DNA of 63,887 nt, the filler included, from Octopus bimaculoides (taxonomy: Eukaryota), in NCBI RefSeq assembly GCF_001194135.2. It is 7 parts of 7 records of this genome, joined end to end, with 100 filler letters (N's around TTAATTAATTAA, not from the genome) between each part and the next. Parts side by side here need not be neighbours in the genome. Positions count along the whole stretch, not along the records: positions 61,457 to 63,887 come from NC_068997.1; 6 more parts are not named here. One strand, given 5' to 3'. Shown piece by piece: positions 63,842-63,887 of the stretch (its first letter is position 1; every line of letters begins with the position of its first letter). Under the pieces are notes generated by a model. The model did not search any database and was not told where the DNA came from. It saw only the letters and a list, made by a program, of their open reading frames with translations. The position numbers were made by a program, and so were the translations under genes.

Positions 63842-63887
63842 CTCTCTCTCTCTCTCTCTCACTCTCTCTCTCTATCTATCTATCTAT

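Overview
Eukaryotic, AT-rich, microsatellite-laden genomic DNA. The SINE/RTE/Penelope repertoire and (TA)n/(CA)n/(AGAT)n density suggest a coleoid cephalopod, most likely Octopus (inference, not searched). The window is not contiguous: six identical 100-nt linkers (44N-TTAATTAATTAA-44N) split it into seven joined scaffolds. Two host genes are visible. Five GT-AG exons of uridine-cytidine kinase-like 1 (UCKL1; + strand, 42974-59411) encode nearly all of the kinase domain, with the probable first exon and all UPRT-like exons absent. One orphan terminal exon of WDR83/MORG1 (- strand, 7206-7349) is missed by the ORF track. The rest is transposon-derived: RTE, CR1-like and R4/Dong-like LINEs, Penelope-like elements, Gypsy pol, mariner, hAT, piggyBac-type MITEs and several tRNA-headed SINE families. 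The most notable structures are hammerhead-ribozyme-like motifs in Penelope-type repeats, a 790-bp foldback MITE with an inverted telomere-like core and 8-bp TSD, several inverted repeats in or near UCKL1 introns (potential dsRNA/ADAR substrates), and a His codon in place of a conserved Arg that A-to-I editing could restore. No prokaryotic systems, CRISPR arrays or rRNA were seen. Repeat boundaries without TSDs are approximate.
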